Source of the DNA: Phycisphaerae bacterium
Lineage (GTDB): Bacteria > Planctomycetota > Phycisphaerae > UBA1845 > Fen-1342
Length of the DNA stretch: 64,000 nucleotides
Direction: 5' to 3'
Assembly: GCA_963675745.2 (NCBI GenBank)
Contig: CAXXWX010000006.1
Span: 128,001 to 192,000 of the forward strand
Of the stretch, positions 31,497-41,684 are shown in pieces; the stretch's first letter is position 1; each line of letters opens with the position of its first letter. The notes under the pieces are model-generated. The model was given only the letters and a program-made list of their open reading frames with translations. It had not been told where the DNA came from and ran no database searches. A program made the position numbers and the translations under genes.

Positions 31497-33560
31497 TCAA
31501 TCTGCTCCCGCGTCGGTCGTGGCCGTGGCTCGCGGTGCGATGGCAGCGCTGTCCGGCGGTGGCATGCTTACGGTCTGAAAGCCCGCATGGTCCTGTATGT
31601 GCCCGGGCGGCATCGGGACGTAGGGTGCCATGCGGCGGTGGTCGATGTCTTCGAAGTCTCGATGGCAGGCATCGCAGCGGCCGAAGGCCTCGCTGTAGAT
31701 GCCGGGTTCCTCCTCGGCGAGGCGTTGGTGGCACGGGACACACAGGCCGTGCATGGCGTCCATGTAGCCCGGCGCGAAGCCCACCAGCCCGTTCTCTCCG
31801 GGTGGCACGAGGGAGCCCTCAACCACCATGTCTCCGTGACATTGCCAGCAAGCCAGCGCGTTGTCGCGTGACTTGCGCACACGATACTCGGCGTGACAGA
31901 CGGAGCAGGCGCTGTTGCCTCCGAGTTTGTATATATGCCAATTGTGGTCGAACGTGTCGGTGGTTTCATACATGTCGCGATGACATTGCGAGCACGCCGT
32001 GTTCTGGTCGAAGGCCATGTTCTGGTGATGGCACAGCCGACACGATTCATCATCGCCCAGCGCGCTCACGTGGTCGTCATGGGCAAACGGCACGAAGCGC
32101 CAATCACGATTGCCGTCAATCAGCATCACGCGGACGGGCGACGGTCTGAGCGCGGCCGGCACGTTGCCGGACAGACTGGATATGTGAAAGATGCGCCGCT
32201 GGGGCGCGGGCGCGGGTGTGGCCAGGGCCTCCACCGTGCGCGACAGGTGTACCGGCGTGGGCCGCGGCTTGGCCCCGAAAATGGCGTCGCGGGGCAGGCA
32301 TCCGATCGCCAGTGCCGCCGCCAGGATAAACACCAGCGAGTGTCGTCTGAACGCCGGTGTGAACGATCCTGCCCGCTCCGACTGGCGGAGGTCGTCTTCC
32401 AGGTCTCCGCCACTGGTCGGCGCCGGGTGATGGTCGTCGATGATCCGCAGATTCTCGTTGAAGAAGATGAAGACCAGCGCGGCGCCGGCGACAATCCCGC
32501 AGCTCACGGCCAACTCGATCCAGGTCGGGAAATACGCCATACCCTCGGGGCGCTGGAAAGCGACGATGCAGATGTTGAAGCGATAGCCAATCGCGCCGAA
32601 AACCGTCATGGTCGATGTGGTTGCCAGCCCGGGGATGCTGGAGCGCACGCGCGGGATCGCCAGCAGCGTGCCGGGGATTACCGCGCTGAGCAGCATCTCG
32701 ACCAGAAAGACCCCGGCCTGCCACGAACCATCAAGCGCGCCGGGCAGCACGCCGCGATACCACAGGTCACCGATGCGCATGAGCGCGTAGACCAGCAGGA
32801 CGATCGAAGCGAGCCGACCCAGGCCCGCGAGCAGATCCACCTGCACCTTGTGGCCAAACAACCAGGCCGATAGCAGGGATTCGAGCGTTACGATCATTAG
32901 CCCGAGGCCTGTCGCGGAGACAAAGAACAGAATGTAGACGATCGGGCTGTACCAGAGCGGATGCACGCGGAACGGCTGGATTAGAAAGAGCGATCCCAGT
33001 GACGACTGGTGCAGCGTGGATAGCACAATACCGGCGATGACCAGCGGAATGGTCAGGGCCTTGACGATCGACAGAATCTTCTGAAACAGCGGGCGGTGGA
33101 ACAACGGGTGTTCGAGAACCGCCGGGCTGAACTCCAGCGCCAGGACCGTGAGATAGCACATGACGCACATGGCTACTTCAAACAGCACCGAGTGGTGCTG
33201 CGGGAAGATCATAGGGTGCCAGATGTTCCAGGGGATACCGAGGTCGTACAGCAGGCCGACGGCGACCGCGATATAGCCGAGCAGCGCCGTTAGAATCGCC
33301 GGGCGTGCAAAACCGTGATAGCGTTGGAATCCGAAGATGTAGACCAGGGCGGCGACGACGAACCCACCGGCGGCCAGGGCGACACCGGCCATCACATCGA
33401 ATGCGATCCAGAAGCCCCAGGGGGCCACGTCGGTCAATCCGCTGGTGGCGCCGATGCCGTGGGTAAAGCGGGCCACGGTAACCACCGCCCAGACCCCCAT
33501 AAAGGCCCAGAGGATGGTCTTTACGCGCTCCAGATTACGGTTTACGACCGTTTTAATCAT
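31497..33560 (-). CDS. NrfD/HybB/HmcC-family integral membrane protein fused to a hexaheme cytochrome c domain
   Basis: PWGFWIAFDV..GVALAAGGF, SVLFEVAMC, LSTLHQSSLGSL, then 6 CxxCH motifs after the last TM helix. Confidence 0.9.
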   Translation of the reverse strand: MIKTVVNRNLERVKTILWAFMGVWAVVTVARFTHGIGATSGLTDVAPWGFWIAFDVMAGVALAAGGFVVAALVYIFGFQRYHGFARPAILTALLGYIAVAVGLLYDLGIPWNIWHPMIFPQHHSVLFEVAMCVMCYLTVLALEFSPAVLEHPLFHRPLFQKILSIVKALTIPLVIAGIVLSTLHQSSLGSLFLIQPFRVHPLWYSPIVYILFFVSATGLGLMIVTLESLLSAWLFGHKVQVDLLAGLGRLASIVLLVYALMRIGDLWYRGVLPGALDGSWQAGVFLVEMLLSAVIPGTLLAIPRVRSSIPGLATTSTMTVFGAIGYRFNICIVAFQRPEGMAYFPTWIELAVSCGIVAGAALVFIFFNENLRIIDDHHPAPTSGGDLEDDLRQSERAGSFTPAFRRHSLVFILAAALAIGCLPRDAIFGAKPRPTPVHLSRTVEALATPAPAPQRRIFHISSLSGNVPAALRPSPVRVMLIDGNRDWRFVPFAHDDHVSALGDDESCRLCHHQNMAFDQNTACSQCHRDMYETTDTFDHNWHIYKLGGNSACSVCHAEYRVRKSRDNALACWQCHGDMVVEGSLVPPGENGLVGFAPGYMDAMHGLCVPCHQRLAEEEPGIYSEAFGRCDACHRDFEDIDHRRMAPYVPMPPGHIQDHAGFQTVSMPPPDSAAIAPRATATTDAGAD

Positions 33561-34404
33561 ATCGATCGTCCAGGGCGTCTTCGCGTGACGCCTGCCCCGC
33601 GGCGTGGCGCTCAGCCGCCTCAGCCTGAAGTTTCATACGCCTGCCGATGATCCAATAGATCCCGCTCATCAGCCCCGCCACGCCGAGCGCGATGGGCGGC
33701 ACCTTCGAGATTGCGGCCCAGGTTCGTTCGGGCAATGGCTCGTCGCCAAGTTCCGGCCGCCAACCGAGGAAATCGAGCGGGCCGTCTGAAATGTAGAGCA
33801 CGGACACCCCGCCGACCTCGTACCAGCCGAAGATGTTGCGCTCGGGCTCATCATGCGGCTGGTAATAGCGCTGCGGCTCGGCCTTGAACCGTCGCAGAGC
33901 CTCGGCGCGCATCTCGTTGCGCGTGCCGAATATGGTGGCATTGTAGGGACAGGCCTCGGTACAGGCGGGTTGCTGGCCCTTCTCTATGCGCTGGTAGCAG
34001 AGAATGCACTTGCGCACGAGCGGAACCGGGCTTTCCCACTGGTAGCGCGGAATGCCGTAGGGGCAGGCCATCATGCAGTAGCGGCAACCCATGCAGCGCC
34101 CCTCGTCATAAACCACGGGGCCGTTGGGGAGCTTCTGCAGCGCGCCCACAATGCAGGCCGACACGCAGGCCGGCTCAGCGCAATGCCGGCATTGCTGCCG
34201 TACATAGCGGTTCCCCGGTCGGCGGAGAATCGTGGTAAAGCGCGTCGCCGACAGGTCATCGATCTTGCGCTTCCAGCGCCACGCCTGGTCACGACCCAAC
34301 TCATACGTCTGCTGGCAGGCGTGGACACAGGTCTCGCACCCGGTGCAGCGCGTAGTGTCGGTCAGAATCGCGACCATCTTGTCGTTATCAACGGTGTGAT
34401 TCAT
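33553..34404 (-). CDS. 4Fe-4S ferredoxin-type subunit, HybA/HmcB/FdnH-like, with C-terminal TM helix
   Basis: CTGCETCVHAC, CRHCAEPACVSAC, CMGCRYCMMACP, KCILC..PACTEACP. Confidence 0.92.
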   Translation of the reverse strand: MNHTVDNDKMVAILTDTTRCTGCETCVHACQQTYELGRDQAWRWKRKIDDLSATRFTTILRRPGNRYVRQQCRHCAEPACVSACIVGALQKLPNGPVVYDEGRCMGCRYCMMACPYGIPRYQWESPVPLVRKCILCYQRIEKGQQPACTEACPYNATIFGTRNEMRAEALRRFKAEPQRYYQPHDEPERNIFGWYEVGGVSVLYISDGPLDFLGWRPELGDEPLPERTWAAISKVPPIALGVAGLMSGIYWIIGRRMKLQAEAAERHAAGQASREDALDDRYD

Positions 34405-34417
34405 CGTCTCAACAGCC

Positions 34418-35149
34418 TTATGCTGCGCCGGCCGGTATTCCCGGCGCCGTTGGCGCCGGTGCCGACCAGGCGGCTTCCGGCACGGCGTCCGTTAAGCGCG
34501 TGTGCACGCACGTGAGCATACGCGCGAAGGGGATCATCACGAAGACCACGGCGGCGCTCACGAGGTGCAGCAGCAGCATCACGTGGTAATCCAGCGGGCT
34601 CCACGACGGGTGCATCGCCATCGTCCCGGTCGCAAACGGTACGATCATGACCAACGGGTTAAGGAAGCTCCACGGCGCTTCCATGGCGCGCAGCGTGGGT
34701 GAATACAGACGCATCAAGAACAGCATGACCCCTGTGAGAATCGTCACGACCGCGAAGGTGTCGGCGTATTTGACCGGCAGCGTTACCCACGACAAGCCGA
34801 TGCCGCGCTCGATCAGGTAGACGTGTGCAACCATGAATGCGGGCACGATGATGGCGCATATCCGAAAAATCAGAGACACGGCGCAGATAGCCAGGTGATA
34901 GCAGAACATGCGCGTGCTGCCACCAGGGCGCATCCGCCGCAGTACGATGCTGGGCAGGAAAAACCAGAGGAGTCGCATGCGCAGCTTGCGCCAGAAGAGC
35001 GCGCGATCGGACATGGTGAGGTAGGCTCCGAGCGCATCGGAGAAGCTGAACGCCGCCTGCCGCAGCAGCCCAAAGATCATCAGCGCAAAGGCAAAACGAA
35101 AGAGCGGCCCTTGGGCTACTTCAAGAAGAAAGAGAATCGTCTGATTCAC
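34418..35149 (-). CDS. NarI/HmcE-like membrane cytochrome b
   Basis: About 5 TM helices, GPLF near the N-terminus, His residues at YH, AHV, LHL and IPFARMLTCVH. Start uncertain (35149 or 35275). Confidence 0.75.
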   Translation of the reverse strand: MNQTILFLLEVAQGPLFRFAFALMIFGLLRQAAFSFSDALGAYLTMSDRALFWRKLRMRLLWFFLPSIVLRRMRPGGSTRMFCYHLAICAVSLIFRICAIIVPAFMVAHVYLIERGIGLSWVTLPVKYADTFAVVTILTGVMLFLMRLYSPTLRAMEAPWSFLNPLVMIVPFATGTMAMHPSWSPLDYHVMLLLHLVSAAVVFVMIPFARMLTCVHTRLTDAVPEAAWSAPAPTAPGIPAGAA

Positions 35150-35343
35150 GAGGTCACTCGGATATGTTCCGTAGCTGCGCGACCAGGCCGGCCTGGCCGC
35201 GGCTCGTAGCTCAGTGACCGTTGGACCACATTCCAGCGACAAAACTGGAATTAATGCTCCACGTTCTATCGACATTGTGACGCGCTATCGTTCTGTCCGC
35301 AAGGTCTCGCGCCGCGGGTCGCACAATGCCCCGTCGCTCCCGG

Positions 35344-37140
<1,797 letters not shown>

Positions 37141-37320
37141 GAAGCTCACTAATCACGCGTCGCCTCGCCGGCCACGCGCCTGGTGCGCTCCGACCGGCCG
37201 GCTGGAATCCGGCATTATAGCGATTCGCCCGCGTTATGCTGGCCCGTCCGCGAATCGGGGAGTCAGCCGGGGTGCGTGACACTTGGGGCGGGACGTTGGC
37301 AGGGGTGGTCCGGTGAAGCT

Positions 37321-37671
37321 TGCCCCAGAGGGGCATGGGGCCGGTGCCACGGGTGGCAGCGCAGCGTAACCGGTGAGCGCAGTCTGCTCAGCCGCGACTC
37401 CTCGCCCTGAAGGGGCGCAGGCGCATGGCCACGGGTGCAGCGCAGCGCAACCCGTGGATCGGATGCGGGCTGACATGTCATTCCGCCCCGCAGGGGCGGG
37501 GGAGGCGCGCAGGCCGGGGACCTTCACGGGATCGAGCACGACGCGCGATACCTGGAGGGCTGATCGCATCTTCCGCCGCCCCTGCGGGGCGGAGAGCTTG
37601 TGGTGGCGGACCGTGTCCACGGGTTGCGCTGCGCTCCACCCGTGGCTACGCGCCCACGCTCCTCCGGAGCG
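37321..37671. repeat. REPIN-like palindrome (family B) with an extra degenerate copy of its left end
   Basis: CGCCCTGAAGGGGCG..GCCACGGGTGCAGCGCAGCGCAACCCGTGG..CCGCCCCGCAGGGGCGG mirrored by CCGCCCCTGCGGGGCGG..CCACGGGTTGCGCTGCGCTCCACCCGTGGC. Partial copy at 37321-37375. Confidence 0.75.
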
Positions 37672-37697
37672 AAACGCTCGTGCCCGGGCCGCTGGCA

Positions 37698-37800
37698 CGG
37701 ATGACCACACACCGCCGATTCTGTCACGGACCCGCCCCTCCCCGCGTGAACGCGCTGCGCACCCGGATGACCACACGCCGCCGATTCTGTCACGGACCCG
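37698..37800. repeat. 37-bp direct repeat x2 (period 66)
   Basis: CGGATGACCACAC(A/G)CCGCCGATTCTGTCACGGACCCG at 37698-37734 and 37764-37800, one mismatch. Confidence 0.9.
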
Positions 37801-38082
37801 TCAGCCGAACAGCAGGCGGTACAGGGCGATCGAGGTTGGCAGCAGGAAAATCACCAGCAGCCATTTGGCCCTGCGACGTGATGTCGAGCCGGCACCCGCC
37901 GGACGCGTGATCCACCGGTCGCAATACGGGCACCACTCCGTATCCTCGTAAATCTCACGCTGGCAATGCGGGCACGTGACCGTGGCGGTATCACCCCCAT
38001 CTTCGCCAAAACGCCGCAGGTCGGCGTCCAACGGCTCCTCATCCAGCTCGTCGTGCTCGTCGTAGGGCGATTCCGGGGACAT
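37801..38082 (-). CDS. Small acidic zinc-ribbon membrane protein
   Basis: CPHC..CPYC and a C-terminal TM helix. Follows the isochorismatase gene closely. Confidence 0.75.
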   Translation of the reverse strand: MSPESPYDEHDELDEEPLDADLRRFGEDGGDTATVTCPHCQREIYEDTEWCPYCDRWITRPAGAGSTSRRRAKWLLVIFLLPTSIALYRLLFG

Positions 38083-38088
38083 ATCGGT

Positions 38089-38643
38089 TTACTTGACGAT
38101 CGGCAGCATGCGCTTGAAGAGCTCGGTACCGGCCTGTTTCATGAGCTCGAAGATCGCCGACTCCACGGTTGTTACGATCACCCCATCCGCCCGCATGCGC
38201 TCGAAGGCGACCTGGCGATCGCTCGGCCGGCGCGAGCTGACCGCGTCTGCCAGCACAAACGGCTGCATTTGGAGATCGAGCAGATCCAATGCCGTCTGCT
38301 GGACGCAAACGTGCGTCTCTACGCCAACGATCAGCACTTGCGATCGCTTCTGCGCGGACAGATGCTCGCGCGCGCGTTCGTCCGCACAGACACTGAATGT
38401 CGTCTTGGTGATCTGTGGCGTTATGCCGGCGGCTTCGAGGACGCGCCGGTCCGTGGGGCCGAGGCCCTTGGGGTACTGTTCGGACAGCGTCAGCGGGAGC
38501 TCCATCACGCGCGCGGCGCCGATCATCTTGATGGTCGCCGTCGTAATGCTGTCGCAGTTGTGTATGTGTGGCAGCATGCGCTCCTGCATGTCGATGACAA
38601 GCAGTTGCGCGTGTGCCGTGTCGAGTCGCGTGAGTGGGGCCAT
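38089..38643 (-). CDS. Isochorismatase-family hydrolase (YcaC/ISOC-like)
   Basis: LLVIDMQE, EQYPKGLG, KTTFS, GVETHVCVQQT. Confidence 0.92.
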   Translation of the reverse strand: MAPLTRLDTAHAQLLVIDMQERMLPHIHNCDSITTATIKMIGAARVMELPLTLSEQYPKGLGPTDRRVLEAAGITPQITKTTFSVCADERAREHLSAQKRSQVLIVGVETHVCVQQTALDLLDLQMQPFVLADAVSSRRPSDRQVAFERMRADGVIVTTVESAIFELMKQAGTELFKRMLPIVK

Positions 38644-38819
38644 GTAGTGCTCCTGCGCGCCGGCCACAAATGCCGCGATAAGCCGCCGGTAGTGTGCCAC
38701 AGGCCCGGCCGCGTGGCAAAGGTCTGACGCGCGTGTTGCTCAATTCGCCGCGCTTTGTGCTGGACCGTGGTTGACGACTACGGTAGCATTCATGTCGGTT
38801 TTCGAGTGAGGAGTGCGTC

Positions 38820-39587
38820 ATGGACGACCGCTTGGAGGCGATGGATCGCAGCGGGGAAGCTGTAACCATCGACACTAATCGACAGATTGACATCGACTCG
38901 GCCTTTGCCGCGCCGGTTGCGCCGACACCCAAAGCGCCGCGACGGCCAAAACGACCGCGTCGTCCCGCGGCCGAGGCAAAACCAGACACCGAGTCAACAG
39001 AGTCCGAAACCGATGGCGTGGATGTCGTGCGCGTGGTGGAGGCACTGCTCTTCTCGTCCGACGCGCCGCTCAGCGCTGCTCGATTGGCCGAACTGGCCGG
39101 CACCGGTACTCCCGGCGTGATGCGCAAGTACATCGACGAGCTCAACAGCCAGTACGCCGCCGCCGGGCTTTCCTTCCGCGTGGAGAAGATCGCCGGCGGA
39201 TACCAGTTGCTCACTGAGCCGGTGTATCGGCCGTGGCTCGCCAAGCTCAATCAGCATCGCCGGCGCACACGCCTCAGCAATGCCGCTCTCGAGACGCTTT
39301 CAATCGTCGCGTACAAGCAGCCGATCATCCGTGCCGAGATTGAGGCGATCCGCGGCGTGGCGTGTGGGGATTCGCTGAACCGGCTGCGCGAAATGGGACT
39401 CGTCAAGGTCATCGGTCGCGCGGACATGGTCGGCCGCCCGATGCTCTACGGGACGACCAAGCGCTTCCTGGATCTGTTCGGCCTCGGTGATATCGAGGAT
39501 CTGCCCGCGCTCGAGACGATCGTCCTGCGCCGCGCCCCCGACGACGCCGAAGACGAGCAACCCGAACCCACGGCCGCCAGCGCGTAG
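38820..39587 (+). CDS. scpB: SMC-Scp complex subunit ScpB
   Basis: VEALLF, AGGYQL, LSNAALETLSIVAYKQPI.RAEIEAIRGV, GRPMLYGTT..FL..FGL. Confidence 0.95.
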   Translation: MDDRLEAMDRSGEAVTIDTNRQIDIDSAFAAPVAPTPKAPRRPKRPRRPAAEAKPDTESTESETDGVDVVRVVEALLFSSDAPLSAARLAELAGTGTPGVMRKYIDELNSQYAAAGLSFRVEKIAGGYQLLTEPVYRPWLAKLNQHRRRTRLSNAALETLSIVAYKQPIIRAEIEAIRGVACGDSLNRLREMGLVKVIGRADMVGRPMLYGTTKRFLDLFGLGDIEDLPALETIVLRRAPDDAEDEQPEPTAASA

Positions 39588-39598
39588 CGTCCACGCCT

Positions 39599-39844
39599 TA
39601 ACATAGCGGCCACCCCCTAACGTAGCGGCCATCCCGTAACGTAGCGGCCGACGCCCTCGTCGGCCGAAGAGCATGCCAACGCGAACAGCCGTCAGCATGG
39701 CACCCCTGAATTCGTAGCGGCCGCCCTCCCCGAGCCGGCCGTCGAGGACCCAGACAAGCCGCGGCGCAGGCGCCCGTTGGTTCGCCCACCCAAGCTGCGA
39801 ACCCCATTCGCCATCGCCGCTACGACCAGCCGGCACCGCTCTAC
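39599..39844. repeat. GTAG-type REP cluster (family C) with 19-bp tandem partial copies
   Basis: TAAC(A/G)TAGCGGCC x3 at period 19 ending in GTAG-CGGCCGAC-N6-GTCGGCCG. Second unit GTAGCGGCCG..CCGGCCGTCGAG at 39714. Inverted GCCGCTAC at 39816. Confidence 0.75.
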
Positions 39845-39870
39845 AATCACCGTTGAAAGGCACGTGTGAG

Positions 39871-40083
39871 ATGAAGCCACTGATCGTAATGCTGCTCGGA
39901 GCCGCCGCTGGCGGGGCGCTTGGCTATTCGCAGGTGCTCTGCTGGAACGGGCAGTGTATCTTCCTGGGTACCTGGTACGGCGGCGCTCTGCTCGGCGGCG
40001 GTCTCGGATTGATGCTCGCCAGCAGCCGCACCATCCCCGCCACCACCCCTCCGGATTCCACCCGGCCGCCGGACGACCAGTGA
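39871..40083 (+). CDS. Small two-TM protein with CxxGxC loop (DUF6132-like)
   Basis: LLGAAAGGALGY..LCWNGQC..YGGALLG. Confidence 0.6.
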   Translation: MKPLIVMLLGAAAGGALGYSQVLCWNGQCIFLGTWYGGALLGGGLGLMLASSRTIPATTPPDSTRPPDDQ

Positions 40084-40395
40084 GCCAACGGCGGCATCCT
40101 GGGATGCAGACTACTGACCAGCGGGCCAGAACGCCACTTGACCACGCGCCAAGCCAGCACCCGCTGAACGCGCAGGCCGGTCTTGGCGAGTCGTAAATCT
40201 ATTTATAGCAAAGTTTTACGCCGCCACCCACCCACCGCCGGAGTGCATTGTGGACGATATTTGGCGCGATTCTCACCTAAATATCGGCGTTTTGTCGATG
40301 GCGCGATATAATCAGGCTCGGGCAGGGGTCGCGCACTCGGAGGGCGCGGCATGCGATCAGGCTAGGTGGAAAAGGCTACTCCAAGGAGGTTGCGA

Positions 40396-41367
40396 ATGAG
40401 CAGGAAATCTGCGCTGATTGTCTCCCTATCAATCTTGGGCGTGTGTGCGCCCGCTCTATTGGCTCAGACCGTGCCCGGCTACACGGTCTCACACTATGCC
40501 ACCGTGGAAACCGCGGACGAAATGACGTTCGCGCCCGATGGCACACTGTTCCTCGGCACGCAGCGGACCTCAACCGCCACCGAAATCAGCCGTGTTCCGG
40601 CGGGTGGCGGCGTGGGCGTCGCGTACGGGCCGACTTTTGTCGATGCTAACGCCGTGCTCTACGACGGCACCGGCGCGATCAGCGGCACCGCCGGCTCGGT
40701 GCTGGTGGCCGGTCAACGCGTCGTTGGCGGTCCCGGCGGCATCTTCGCGGTCTTGCCGGACGAGTCGATGGTTGACCTGGGAACGCTTACCACGTCCTAC
40801 AACACCAACTCGATGGCATTCGACACCTTCGGTCGGGTATTGCTGGCCCACGACACGACCAATCCGAACATCAACAGTCAGATCGGGATTTGGGACGGCG
40901 TCGCGGAGTCGATTCTCACGAACCTGCCGGCCAACAACTCGACCGTGTGGACAGATTATGCCACCGGTCGTGTTTATGTCGGCTCGACCGACGGTATGGT
41001 CCACGTTTATGACGATGCGACCGGCGCTGATCTGGCTCCGGGTGGCCTTGTCACCGGCCTCACCACCGTCTGGACCTCTCCGCTGACGCTGGGACCCGGC
41101 GGCCCGCTGTGGGGCAATGACCTGTACGTGATCGATCGTGGGCCGGGCAACCTGCTGCGCGTCGATCCGTTCACCGGCGCGAACACGATCATCGGCACCG
41201 GCTTCGGCGACATCGTGAACGACATGGCCTCTGACATCGCGTTCGGTCCGGACGGCGCGATGTACGTAAGCATGTTCCAGCGTAATGAAGTCCTGCGCAT
41301 CGTCCCCGAGCCGACGACACTGTCGCTGCTCGGCCTGGCCGCGCTGGGGCTGATTCGCCGCCGCTAA
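40396..41367 (+). CDS. Secreted PEP-CTERM protein, probable beta-propeller
   Basis: AGGAGG SD, signal peptide, repeated 'M/IxFxPDGxLY' blade-like motifs, C-terminal VPEPTTLSLLGLAALGLIRRR. Confidence 0.92.
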   Translation: MSRKSALIVSLSILGVCAPALLAQTVPGYTVSHYATVETADEMTFAPDGTLFLGTQRTSTATEISRVPAGGGVGVAYGPTFVDANAVLYDGTGAISGTAGSVLVAGQRVVGGPGGIFAVLPDESMVDLGTLTTSYNTNSMAFDTFGRVLLAHDTTNPNINSQIGIWDGVAESILTNLPANNSTVWTDYATGRVYVGSTDGMVHVYDDATGADLAPGGLVTGLTTVWTSPLTLGPGGPLWGNDLYVIDRGPGNLLRVDPFTGANTIIGTGFGDIVNDMASDIAFGPDGAMYVSMFQRNEVLRIVPEPTTLSLLGLAALGLIRRR

Positions 41368-41409
41368 ACCGGCGTCGAATTCGAGAATCGGAAATCAAAC
41401 AAAGGGCGG
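41119..41409 (+). repeat. 291-bp direct repeat, copy 1 (3' end of the PEP-CTERM gene plus 3' flank)
   Basis: Near-identical to 43167-43457, with 5 differences in the 249 coding nt. Confidence 0.95.
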
Positions 41410-41439
41410 ACCGTCACCAACAGACGGCCCGCCCTTTGT
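41399..41439 (+). terminator. Rho-independent terminator (possibly bidirectional)
   Basis: ACAAAGGGCGG-A-CCGTC loop GACGG-C-CCGCCCTTTGT. Confidence 0.75.
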
Positions 41440-41684
41440 CATGCGCGGATGACCGCAAGGGAAGACACGAAAAATCTTCCTGACACCTTTTCTTTTGATC
41501 ACCTTTTCCGGGCTTTGCCCGGCCGCGCGTCCATTACACGTTTCGTCCGCAATTGAGTTGGCATCACTGCCATCGCCATGATACTCTGGAGATGTCGTGT
41601 CGCATGGGGAGCCGGCGCGTCGCTTGCTTGCCTTGCAGATCGGCGGTGGTTGAGGGGTGGTAAGTGAGTTCGATAGGTGAGTCC

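Noticed and set aside
37698..37800. Mini CRISPR array (37-bp repeat, 29-bp spacer)
   Set aside because: Only two units, no AT-rich leader, no typical repeat end and no cas genes. The second unit abuts a gene stop, so local duplication explains it better.
40190..40320. Sigma54 promoter or operator for the PEP-CTERM gene
   Set aside because: The TGGCGC motifs lack a properly spaced TTGC. The GATATTT..AAATATC inverted repeat may be an operator but is too weak to call.
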